NCBI GenBank assembly: GCA_951804945.1
Contig: OX638149.1
Span: 77,066,001-77,130,000 of the forward strand
Direction: 5' to 3'
DNA length: 64,000 bases
DNA from: Podarcis cretensis
Lineage: Eukaryota
How positions within the stretch are numbered: position 1 is the stretch's first letter; every line of letters starts with the position of its first letter. Both the position numbers and the translations under genes were made by a program. This document shows positions 52,351 to 64,000 of this stretch, piece by piece. The notes beneath the pieces are model-generated. The model made no database searches. It saw only the letters and a program-made list of their open reading frames with translations, and was not told the DNA's origin.

Positions 52351-54080
52351 TATAATTAAGTTTGCGTGGAACAAACCCTTGGTTTGTGCTGCATTTATGT
52401 CTGGGTGGATAGGGTTATATCAGGTAGACAGAGTCAGTGGACAGAAGTAGTTCACTAGAGATAATTGAGAATCTGTCAACAGCCTACCCTGTGCCCAGTT
52501 GTGGCAGCTATTCTACTAGTAAATGCTGCAGAAACATTATGTGTGCATAACTCTCGGGACAGGATGTCTACACTGTGCCAGGAAAACCATGAATCTTCCT
52601 GGTGAGAGCACAATGCCAAGATCTCCTTTATCGATCCTTATGCAACAGCAGCTAACGGAGAGGGAAAGAACAGCAACACAAGGCTAAATGAGAACAGGAA
52701 AAGAAGATAGTTGCACCTTGAGAAATGCTGCTGACCAGGAGTTCTGCATAATAAAAGGCACAGCTGTGAATCTATTAACCCCCACATAATCACAAACTGG
52801 CACATCAGCAGAACCACATGGAAACCAGGGGGGGGGGATTTTCCTAAATGCCTAGAATGCCACTTAATAGCAAGATGTGCATGATTAAAAATGCATTCTC
52901 TCAATATATATTTACCCCCCCCCCCCAAAAAAAAAAAACAACCACAAAATGATCATAACAATAATATGAAGACAGGACATCTTGGAGTGGCCAAAGGTTA
53001 AGGAAGCTTCAAAGAGGGATTTTCACAAGGGCAGCTTTTCTCATCTCTGCAGAACCACCTGAACTTCCAGGAATTCCCTTTTCTATCTAAGCAGCTATTA
53101 AACTCACAGGAGCCTCTTCCTCCTTTGAATCTGGTCCCCTGAGGCTGTCATTTGCAACACCTGTCTGGAAGCATAGATTAGCATGCATGAGGCCATGGCT
53201 AGTTAAATAGGAATCACAAGAGGTAGCAGTGTAATAGCAATAGTGCAGTGCTCTGGTTTCGTGTCAGACAAAACTCAGCAGCAGATGTTGGTGCCAGAAT
53301 TGTACTCCTAATATGCTTGGGGGTTGAGGAAGAAAAGAGGATGAGAGAGACCTGTGTGAACAGCTTTGCTGTGACAGGAGGCAGCATATAGTTCTTTAAC
53401 ATGGGTTGCCAGAAGGGCATGTAAAAGTACGCAAGGTATTGTCAGCTTGATTAAAGAGTGCCTGCTTTCTCTGTTATAATCCCTGCTGATACCCTGCACT
53501 ATTTCACCTAAAAGCATTCAGCGTGGTAGATAATCCATATTAATCTTCAAAATAATAGGAAGTGGGGAAAGGGAGCAATGTGAGAAAAGTGGGGGAAAGG
53601 AGGACAGGAGGGAATGACAAAGATACAGATCAAAAGGAGGGAGAAAGTTCATTCTGGTGCTCCTGGGAGATGTACATTCCTAGAACACTTTCATTTAAAT
53701 GCTCCTAATTATCATGAGCATCTGCAAGTCCTAAATGAGCTGCTCTTTTCATTTGTTCTTTTCAGTTATTTCATCAAAAGTGTTGTACCCCTGCAGCTCC
53801 TAGAGACTTGTGCTGAGATTTTGTCTGTATTTCACTGTAAAAATCAGGCTGCCTACAGTTTTGGAATAGCTTCAGGCCTGGCCCCCACCCACTGCCTTGA
53901 CATAGCAGTCTGACAACAGAGAAGCAGATGTTAAAGGAAAGGTATAGATAGAGAATGTGGGAGAAAGAAGAACAGCAATAGGAAGAAGAGGTGTAGAAGA
54001 TTCAGACAGAGAATGAGGCAAAGGACCTTTTCAAACAATGTGTGGCAGCAATCCTAGGCTTGCCACAAAGTATAAACTGA

Positions 54081-54427
54081 GGGATGCAGGTGACGCTGTG
54101 GGTTAAACCACAGAGCCTAGGACTTGCCGATCAGAAGGTCGGTGGTTCGAATCCCCGCGACGGGGTGAGCTCCTGTTGCTCAGTCCCTGCTCCTGCCAAC
54201 CTAGCAGTTCGAAAGCACCTCAAAGTGCAAGTAGATAAATAGGTACCGCTCTGGCAGGAAGCATTTCCGTGTGCTTCTCTGGTTCGTCAGAAGCGGCTTA
54301 ATCATGCTGGCCACATGACCCGGAAGCTGTACGCCGGCTCCCTTGGCCAATAAAGCGAGATAAGCGCCGCAACCCCAGAGTCGGTCATGACTGGACCTAA
54401 TGGTCAGGGGTCCCTTTACCTTTACCT
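54081..54427 (+). mobile_element. Full-length Sauria SINE (lacertid-type)
   Basis: tRNA-related head gggatgcaggtgacgctgtgggttaaaccacagagcc...ggttcgaatccc, BovB-like tail ending (tttacc)n, and TSD TATAAACTG at 54071-54079 and 54428-54436. Confidence 0.92.
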
Positions 54428-56119
54428 TATAAACTGGATGGTAAGCTGCAACCAGTTCTAGATTTCAGATAAGTGAATCTCTATGACACATATGTTTCCA
54501 AACACACATATACATTTTTAGATGCACATTTTTTTAAAAAGGAGTTTTGTTAGATCTAAAAGAATAAATAAAGTGCAAAGAAGCACATAGTGCTAGAATG
54601 TATTAATCAGACAGAGGCAACTCTGTGCAAACATCTTCACTACACATGCAAATCCATTACTCAAATGATTGCTTGAATAGGTGGAATAGCCATCACAAAT
54701 GGAACACCACAGACAGAGCTTTTATTTTACCTGAATCATTACACTTTTCAATGGAAGGAAATTAGCATGTTCACCTGGAAATCATGTAGGTCCCCTCCAG
54801 ACTAGTGTGTGTGTGTGTTTGTTTGTGGGTGAATTCTGCAACCTACCAGTGCTGCAATAGCGGTCTATTAGGTGCCCACCACTTTTATTAGTTGTTGTGT
54901 GATGCATCCCCAGTGTTACCACATCATTGTCATCTGGAGGGGGCACAAAAGTGGGACCAAAAATCCTTGGGACTTTGTAGTATAAAAAGTTTGGGGGTTT
55001 CAGCAGAAAACTGTGGAACATGCACCAGTTGGAAACAATGGCGTACGTCTGACTCAAAACTTTTGCGGAACTGAAAGCAAGATCATAGATAACTGTCCCA
55101 ATGGCAACCTGAACACAAATCATGATGGATGTGCAATGAAAAGGACACCTGGAGGGGCCCTCAGTGATGGTGTAGTCATGATTATAGGATTGGGTGTGGA
55201 TGTGGGAAGCCCTGTCCAAACCAGCACTCAGTTATGAAGCTCTTTTTGGTAGCCTTGACCAAGTGCCTACCTTGGCCTCACAATCTCACCTATCTCAGTT
55301 TCTGAGGAGGAACAGATATTGTTTGGAGCTCCTTGGGGAAAGGGGCAGGATACAAATGTAACTAATAATAATTGACACTAATGCTAGCTAATACATTATT
55401 TAGGGTGTTTTAAAAACGTTTTTGCAGAGATGTCTGCTGCTACTGTGTAGCGGCTGTGAGCTACGCACAAGAGATCTGTCTTCACCACAAACTTAAAAGG
55501 ATTTAAACTCTTAGGAATTGCCCCCCAATGAATTGATTTATAACTCACCAAATGTAGGATACGATGCCATGCATTACGCTGCTATGGTTCTCCAGCAGAA
55601 TTCACACTACAATTACAATTCCCAGAGCTCTTTTCGAAGTCATATGATGCCCTCCATGGAGCTCCCCCCTCCAGGCATGATGCTACATTGGAAGGGGGAG
55701 AGAATTGGCTGCCCTCCAAAAAAAAATTGGGGCTCCACCTCCTACCAGCCTCAGCCACTCAGGGATGAAAGCAGTGGTGGTCTGACACCATCCTGAAGGC
55801 CACAGGTTCCCCACTTCTGATTTAGGGATAAGTAAAAGTTATGTGCTGTTTGTATTTGCGCAACAAGTACTAGTCAACAAGTGGCTCTTTCCCCATTATT
55901 GCTATCTCCATGGCAAGAAAACTTGACCTCAAAGATTGCTTTGAGACTCTTGAAAGGATGCTCATCAAAGGTGGTGAATCTAAGGAAGACCATGGGCCAA
56001 AGCTAGAGGCAGATGAAATGGCTGGGTTTCCACAATACAATTTCGTTAAATAAATCCAGACCCATCCAAAGCAATGTAGTGGGACTATCTTTGAAGTTTT
56101 CAGTGAGTTGTAGTAGTGT

Positions 56120-56292
56120 TTGCTTTACACTGGGGAGACCCACCCACAGCCACAGAGTTTATTAGGTGGCCTTGAATCAGTCATTGTGGCTCAGTCTAAC
56201 CTACCTCACAGGGTTGTTGTGAATGTAAAAAGGAGGAGGTATGTATGTTGCTGCAAGCTGTTCGGAGGAAGGGCAGGGTAAATAATAAATAA
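56120..56292 (+). mobile_element. CORE/MIR-like SINE
   Basis: tcagtctaacctacctcacagggttgttgtga CORE followed by the tail ggaggaagggcagggtaaataataaataa. Confidence 0.6.
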
Positions 56293-57564
56293 TCATTGAT
56301 GTCTTGGTGATTAGAACCAAATTCATGTAGCCTCTTCAATAAAAGAATATGATTACAGTTCAGGATAGAAGGGCTTGCATTTGTAAAATCTCTGTGACTC
56401 TGTTGAAGTTTATCTGCAAACAAACAAAATCCCTTCACTTCTGCAGTCTTGGTCACTGTAAATACATTTTGCAAGAAAATGAGACACTGCAAGTAGAATA
56501 AACTAAATAATGAAAACAAATGATATGCTGTTATTCTTAATATAGTCAGAATGCATATTATTCATTTTCTGATTGTCAATTTTCAAAATTTAATGCAGAA
56601 ACAGAAATATACTCCCCCACCTGCAGTGATACCACCGTCCACACCATAGATTTAAAGCATATGGTTTTTCAAAAGAATCCCAGGAATGTGTGCAGCAAAC
56701 ACACATCTGGATCCCCAACGAGGAGATACTGAGAAAGAGCACTGGGTGGGGAAAGGGTTAAACATCCATCTATTTCTCTGCTGAAAGCCAATCCTTTCTG
56801 GAGCTGCATTTTTTTCTTAAAAGAAGTTGATTTAGGGAGTTAATATATGCATTTGCATAACAGGCAGTTTCTCCCTACCGCCTTTTACAGTTCAGTCAAC
56901 ATTAGCAATTTCCTTCAATAGCAACTGTGCCAGCAAGCAGGCAGCAGGCAGAGTCTGTGATAAGCAAGGAGTATATTTGTAAAAGAACGGCCTTGCAAGG
57001 GGAGCAAAATGGAAGATCCCATGTATTTAGAATGCACGGGATGTTGCTGCGTGGCCTGAAATAAGCTGCAGGCTTTGGAAATTGGCAAGCTGGAATCACA
57101 GACCGAATATTTGAACTTGTGGCTTTTGTCACAAGTTGCCATCACTTCATTGAGCAATGTCAAGTTCACAAGGCAGTAAACACTCAGGGATTTATAAAGG
57201 AAATCACTTTTTAAAATGACTTACATGAATTCATGGAAGATTTCTGGAGACACTTGGTCAATTAAAACATTTTGCTCTTTCTAGGCAGCTCTGCTGCACT
57301 ACAGCTTGGTAGGTTTGCCATACATAGTTCACCACTGACACCTGGTGTTTAGCTTGGTTCATTGCAAGTGGCTTCAGTTTCTTACTGCAATCTTATGACC
57401 TGATGCGAGTCAGTAAGGCAGAGGTACCTAATGTAGTGTCTTCTATGTGTTGAAGGCTCTAACCATCAACAGTCCAGGTTGATGGGAGTTGTAGACCACA
57501 ACATCTGAAGGGCATCACATGGCCTTCCCTGTGCACTAAAGCAGTAACTCACTGCAGTATGAAT

Positions 57565-57676
57565 TAGCCATGTTCATGTGTTGCAACAAAAGCAATAGTC
57601 TTGTGGCCCCTGAATGACTAACACAGTTACTATGGCATAAGCTTTCGTGGACCAGAGTCCACTTCACTATATACAC
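57565..57676 (-). mobile_element. Penelope-like element terminal-repeat fragment with decayed hammerhead motif
   Basis: The minus strand reads gtgaagtggactctggtccacgaaagcttatgcca...gttagtcattcaggggccacaagact, typical of reptile Penelope pLTRs. Confidence 0.65.
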
Positions 57677-58218
57677 TTGGAAATAATGAGATCTAATGGC
57701 ATCGAAGTGCCAATAGTACACTCTGTGAAAACTCAACTGAAGCTTAAAACTGTATGCAAAATAAACCCAGTGACTATTCACAACAGCAGTAATTGGTGAT
57801 ACCCTAATCATTCTTAAATTTATTAATGTCTGTAGTGGGACAAGAACCCATAGTCTCTACTTATGCTCAGAACTGATATAATCAAACTTCTTATTCAGTT
57901 CTAATTCAGTAGTTTCATACCGGCGTCTTCTTTGATGATGATGATGATCACATATCTGACATCAGGAATGGCAACGTTCAGAAACTCGTGAGAGAACATT
58001 TCAGTCTCCCAGGACTCTCTCCTAATGCTGACTTGAACATTGCTATTCTCCAACAAAGGAATGATGATTAAGTTATCACAAATTACTGCTGTTACAACTG
58101 ATTCCATTGTTTTTTGTGCATATATTTAAACTTTAATTGTACTGTCACAAGCTGTACGTTTGGCATTTCATGGTCATGGGACTCCATTGGTTCCCCCCCC
58201 CCCATCCTTCCTCTACAC

Positions 58219-58516
58219 CAGTGGTTCTCAAAGGCATGGCAGGAGAGGGGGGCAAGTGTGGCGGGAAGATTCAAGGACAAAGAAACATTTCAATATTTCA
58301 GTGTAGTATAGTGTCAAAACATTTTTAAAAATATTTGCTGGAAATGGATAGGTATCGTTTCAAAATGAGAGCAGGAACATCAAATGATACTGAGGACAAT
58401 CCTGGTTGTGTTTTCCAATCTATTTCTTATCTGTAAAACAAAAGAAAAATCAGTGTAGCACAAGCAATTTTTTATTCTGTAAGTGTGGCCCAGAGAAAAA
58501 AGTTTGAGAGACACTG
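58219..58516. mobile_element. hAT-like non-autonomous element
   Basis: TIRs cagtggttctcaaa / tttgagagacactg and a near-perfect 8-bp TSD CTCTACAC / CTCTACAA. Confidence 0.75.
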
Positions 58517-59712
58517 CTCTACAACCATGTGTGACAAATCAAAGAAATGCACCTGATGAAGGGTACTCTAATAACCCATGAAAGTACTATAGAAGAATAC
58601 CTTTAGCATATAGAATGTAACTATAGTCATGTCAAGCTTGAGCCATATGTCTACAGCTTCTGCACACCTGAAAGAATTGCTTAGTGACACTGCTTTTGGA
58701 TTCTCTCTGTAGAGGCCACCTTCTCTCAATCACCTATTCCAGAATACAGAGGCACCAGCAGGGCTGCTCCAGAGCATGCTGCTTTATTTTTGCAATGTTA
58801 CTGGTACTAGTGATGTGCAGGATCTATTCTGTAGTAATGAAACCTGAAGTCTAGCTGCAGTGGCTATAGGTTAAACTGCGTGGGATCTGCATAAGACCTC
58901 CATTAGCCTAACCCTATTAATATTAATCTACTTACAGCTTCTTGCTGCAGTGGAATCCTCTGCCAGATTTCACTAGGAGGGATGGGACGCACACACACAT
59001 ATACAATTGACTACTGACAGCTCCCATAAATACCCATGATCCAGTTGAAATAGGAGTGCATGACAGGGTTACCACCCCTACTCTGAACTGTATATTGCCC
59101 TTCCCATAATGTGCTTTGCTCAGAAGGAGCGTTGGAAATTAACCTGGCTGCAGTCACAAAGGAAGCACATAACAGTGCTGAACCTGGTGAAGTCTTAACT
59201 TAGAAGGCCATAGATTTTTGCCATCAGCTGTTAAAGAAATGAAATGTCTTAACTATGCACAAATTGTTTCCTCCAGTGCATGACACACAGCCCATGTCAA
59301 CGGTTAATGCCCCAGTCATCTCCACTCCATCTTCCCCTCCCCATTATTTGCATCTCAAATTTTGCGACCAATGGACATAGTTTCCTAGAGGAAGCAGCTA
59401 TACACATAATGCTATACTGCTCTGTGCTCGCAAGGAAAAGCCAATTAGCACCTACCTGTCATATCCACCCCCACCCCACCCCGCTGCTGACTCACCTGCG
59501 CCCATCATCACATTTGCAGTGCTATTGTTCACCCTGCTGGAAGAAGTATATCAGTAGTACTGTCCCGATCCTTTAAAGGTAAAGGAGATAGTTAGGAGTC
59601 CCAGGCAGAGGAAATAAATGCATATGATGCAGTAGGAACAAATACTAGATGTTTCCACTCACATTCTTTGAAGCACCAGAAATCACTGGGCAGGCTGTGG
59701 CTCTTGCTGTAG

Positions 59713-59925
<213 letters not shown>

Positions 59926-60561
59926 ACCGTGGCCAGTAGTTGCTGCCCAAATTCCCATGCCAGAAGCTGCCATTGAGTTTCTAACAGAAGGGACGCAAAC
60001 AAATAAGACGACACCCATGCAACTCCCTCCGAATGGCAAACGCCACCCCAAACAGATCGAAGAAACAATCAGGACTCCCCTTGACACTCCTCTCTCCCCC
60101 CCCCCGCCCCCCAAATAGCCTGACTGGTATGTGAACTTACGTAGCAGAGAGTTTTACTTTTACATTTTGTACACAAAGTATTTATTTTCATGATAAAGAA
60201 ATAGGATTTGATGGTGAGATGGAAACGACACGGCTTAATCGGAGGGGACGGCGGACTGCGGTGGAGGAGAAATGGAAGGAGTACACCAGTGATCCCAAGA
60301 TGAAGGCAACATAACCGACCTGAGAGTGCTGAACTGAGAGGATGGGGCAGATTGCCCTGTTAGGCATGGTGAAATGCAGACCTCTTTCGGGATATACCCC
60401 TAAGTCTGTACACAGTTTCAGAAGCTCAAGAGAGGGAATGGAATAATTAAAAAAAAAAAGCTTGCTGCTAAGAGTTAGGCATGGCCTTTGCAGAACATAT
60501 CAGTTGCATTCAGACTGCTTCCAAGTTCTTTCCCTCTCCGCTCCCCACTCTGCGTCCCCCA

Positions 60562-60587
60562 ACACACACACACACACACACACACAC
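60562..60587. repeat. (AC)n microsatellite in the IFITM10 3' region
   Basis: Directly visible in the sequence. Confidence 0.9.
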
Positions 60588-60845
60588 CTTTGCCGTCTAC
60601 ATTTTTACCTGTTTTCATATTTATTTGATTGAAGCCCATAATAGCTTGCAAAAATGTTTATAAATCAGGAAATTTGGGTTCTAGACAGGTTACACAAGCC
60701 TCTCCTGATGAATCCTGGAGCCTTCCAGGGTAAATCCCAGAGGGGAGGGAAAAAGTAATGGCCCTCTTTGGAACCTCATGGAAACACTGAGAATGTAGAC
60801 AACTTATGGAAAATTTGCATAGATCCTGTATCTCTGTCAACTTTC

Positions 60846-60851
60846 AATAAA
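60846..60851 (+). terminator. Candidate IFITM10 polyadenylation signal
   Basis: AATAAA about 920 nt after the stop. Further AATAAA hexamers occur downstream (e.g. 63813), so the true 3' end is uncertain. Confidence 0.35.
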
Positions 60852-62061
60852 AATACCTCTAACCATCAGACACTGTATACTACAGGTTGCATGTTTCTGC
60901 CTCATAATGCCATCCACAGCAGGAGAAAGCTGGGCTTTGTTGACCAATTTAAAGATGGTAGGATTTCATTTAATATAGCTTTTGAAACAAGCCGAACCAT
61001 TCTTTTTAAATTTTACAATATCTAGGTCAGTGTCACAGTGCAAAAGTAAATATTTTTTTCCCAATTGCCCCAAGATAGCATTGTCATTCAGCAGTTTAGT
61101 AAGCCTGCAAATAATTTGTATTGTTCACTTGATAAATACTTTCATTCCACAGGGGCCAGGGGCTGGAGTACTCTAATGGGCAACAGAATTCGCCTCTTTC
61201 CCCATAGTGGAATTGTGTCCTTCCACCAAACTAGCTTCAATAGGGCACTTAAAGAGAAATACAAAATTGCAGCTGCTCCACTATTGTTAGTATAGCCCAA
61301 ACTATTTGGCTGTACTTTGGAGAAGTCAGCGGTTCTGCATCCTGAGCCCAGCCTCGCCCTCTTCTTTATAACTATGGCTTTCCTAAGGTCCTTTTGCTTC
61401 AGTTTAAAGGTACCTTTGATTCATGGGTAGTTCATTTGTTTGCCTCCATGGAAGCTTTCACAAGGCACTTAGCAACTGCCAGAAAATGGTCTATTCCAGC
61501 TGTGGTCTGGCAAGGGGGCACGGTTTAGGAGCTCAGCATGATGCAGGCTGCTGCTGTGCCCCCACACCATGCTGAGCTCCCTGCTGCCTTGCCCCCTTCC
61601 TATTCCAGTAACCAGCAGCAATGCCTGATGTTAGAAAGCCAGCTTGGCAACACAGACCCCCCCATACCACCAGCTGCTACTGTCTCTTTTCCAAGGGTCT
61701 GGAATTAGTCAGGGTCATGCTCTGCGGACATATGCATAGCCAATTGTTGGCTCCTCCCCCTTCTGTTTGTTTTCACCATTTCATGGAGCAGCATGGCAGG
61801 CAGCCTTGGAGAAAGAACATAGCCATCTGCCTTACCATTGATCTGAGCATTGATCTATCTGCCTTAGTGTTGTCTGCACACTGACTTGTGCTCTTTGAGA
61901 GAATTTTCCCATTAGGACTTAGGATCATTTGCATGGAAACTACCAGTGAGCACCATCCCTTTCCCAATGTATGTGCAATGTATAATTCAAGCCTAGGCAA
62001 CAGCCGGCTTTAGGTCAGAACACAGCCATTGACAAGAATGGGGCTTAAATAATGAACACAC

Positions 62062-62345
62062 AGGTCCAGCTCTGAGGACCCTCTGGTGGTTCCCTCCCTG
62101 CGAGAAGTGAGGTTACAGGGAAGCAGGCAGAGGGCCTTCTCGGTAGTGGCTCCCTCCCTGTGGAACCCCCTCCAATCAGATGTCAAGGAAATAAACAATT
62201 ATCTGACTTTTAGAAGACATCTGAAGGCAACCCTGTATTGGGAATTTTTTTATGTCTAATGTTTTACCATTTTTAATGTGCTGTGAGCCGCCCAGAGTGG
62301 TTGGGGAAACGCAGCCAGATGGGTGGGGTATAAATAATAAAATTA
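62062..62345 (+). mobile_element. L2 LINE 3' end (5'-truncated)
   Basis: Translates RSSSEDPLVVPSLREVRLQGSRQRAFSVVAPSLWNPLQSDVKEINNYLTFRRHLKATLY (L2 ORF2 C-terminus), then the tail tgtgagccgcccagagtgg...gggtataaataataa. Confidence 0.88.
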
Positions 62346-63947
62346 GTAGTGGTGGTAGAAGTGAGACTAGGTGCCACATCAGCAACACCAGAATCCACTC
62401 AGGACTATTCAATTTGGTGTGAATCCCTCTTGCACAATCTGTCCCTATAGTGAAATTTCACCATTTACCACGACTTTATATAAAATGGGTGGCAGAAGGT
62501 ATTACTCATGCTGGTGTTATCCCTTTGTATTTTTAACATACTTTCTCCCCCTTTTACGCACCTTAAGTAAGAGGCAGCCGTGCTTGTACAAATGGAAGGA
62601 AATCAAATATATAACAGACAGGCAGCAGCGCCGCAGGCACAGGCGAGTCAGCAGAATGAAGAAATGGATACGCGACCAGCATACACAGTTGCATGATAAG
62701 AGGGGAAGGACAGGTTACAGATAATAGCTCTGCGAAGACAAGGATGTCCAAATTACGTGTTGGCAAAATGCAAGGACAGCATGAGAGGCTGTGTGTGTCC
62801 GCATGCAACTAGTCATAGTCACGTGCACATTCATATTCAGGGAGCTGGAGAGCAGAGCAAGTGAGAGTATATTCCAATCTCATTAGGCAAATATGGCATA
62901 TTCACAAAGACCCTGGTTAGCGGATACTAAAATATGAATAGCTGGAACAGAATACAGATTGGTTTGCACCAAAACAGTAATGCCTACTATCCAGTACTGT
63001 ATACAGTAGTCAATAGCAGTTGTAAGATCTTAATAACACACAGGCTTTTCGATACAGTACAACAGCTTCCCCATTCATTGCAATGGAAGGGGTGGGTCTG
63101 CACATTTCTTTCCATGAATAGAGCTTCCTATGCTGCTGGAGCTAGCTGCAGCATACAGAATCCACCTGCATCCCGCCATACACAGGTTTCTGAACCAGAC
63201 AGAACTAGCTCATAAAACCTAACGCCTTTTGTATTAGGGTGTGCTACATGAGGCAAATAGGCTAAACAATTATACAAACTGGTCTCCCCCTGCCGGGTTG
63301 CAGACTTTCTCCAGGGAGAAATGTTCTAGCTTGATAGGTCTGAGAAAAGATGTACTGTAGCTGCTGCAGTTGCTGTTGCTGTTGCATTTTTCTCATCCCA
63401 TCGACGTGCATATTTTTGTTTTACTTATTGCTCCAGTGATCTGAGAGTCTTTCATGTCTGACTGCTTGCTCCATTTGTCAGAAGGTTAGCATTTCGGAAC
63501 CCGAGAAGCAGCAAGATGCAGGCTTTGATTTGTGATTTCGTTGGAATATTGCTACACACTTCCCTCTCTAGTCCTTGCCTTTTGCTCTGCAGTGAGGAGT
63601 GTCTTTGCAGCAGAAGCTGATTGTTGCTTTCAGGTTATTGATTAGCAGGGGAAACGGGCCCACCTCTCCTCTGTTCATGTTGTTGCTGTTGGCACTCCTG
63701 TGTAAACAGAAGGGGAACAAACCACTTTTTCCAGTATTGAAGGCAATTACAGAAATATATTAGAAGCAGGAAGCAGAGGGACACAACCAATGTCAATTTT
63801 TCATTTGCATGTAATAAATATTTGCACAATGAAGGAAAATCCCAGTCCAAGGTCAGCAGAGACTGCTTTCGTTTTTCATTACAGTCTATATATTTTACAG
63901 CCTATATATAGGACTTTGATACAGTTTATCTACTATATATTATAGTA

Positions 63948-64000
63948 CAGTAAGCCCGCAACTTACGCACGTTTAATTTGTGTGCATTCAGCTTAATATA
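63948..64000. mobile_element. Start of a probable Tigger-like MITE, truncated by the window edge
   Basis: ta|cagtaagcccgcaacttacgca TIR-like start. Confidence 0.4.

Overview
Eukaryotic (vertebrate) genomic DNA, most likely a squamate reptile and probably a lacertid lizard, judged from a full-length Sauria-type SINE and the L2/CR1/RTE/Penelope/MITE repeat landscape. Two protein-coding genes lie in tandem on the + strand. CTSD (cathepsin D) has 9 coding exons from 1995 to 26448 (1200 nt, 399 aa); all introns are GT-AG and in phase, and it has a CpG-island promoter with CLEAR/E-box and ARE-like motifs. IFITM10 has a CpG island at about 33.9-35.4 kb and coding exons 36319-36531 and 59776-59925 (120 aa from the first in-frame AUG). 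Almost all ORFs in the supplied track are spurious. The most notable observation is a 57-codon in-frame extension upstream of the IFITM10 AUG. It resembles the mammalian IFITM10 N-terminus (recalled from memory), contains no in-frame AUG, is closed upstream by an in-frame TAG, and starts at an ACG in a perfect Kozak context (GCCACC-ACG-G). This suggests a conserved non-AUG-initiated long isoform. An alternative acceptor at that TAG, which would also allow an in-frame CTSD-IFITM10 read-through fusion, is the competing explanation.
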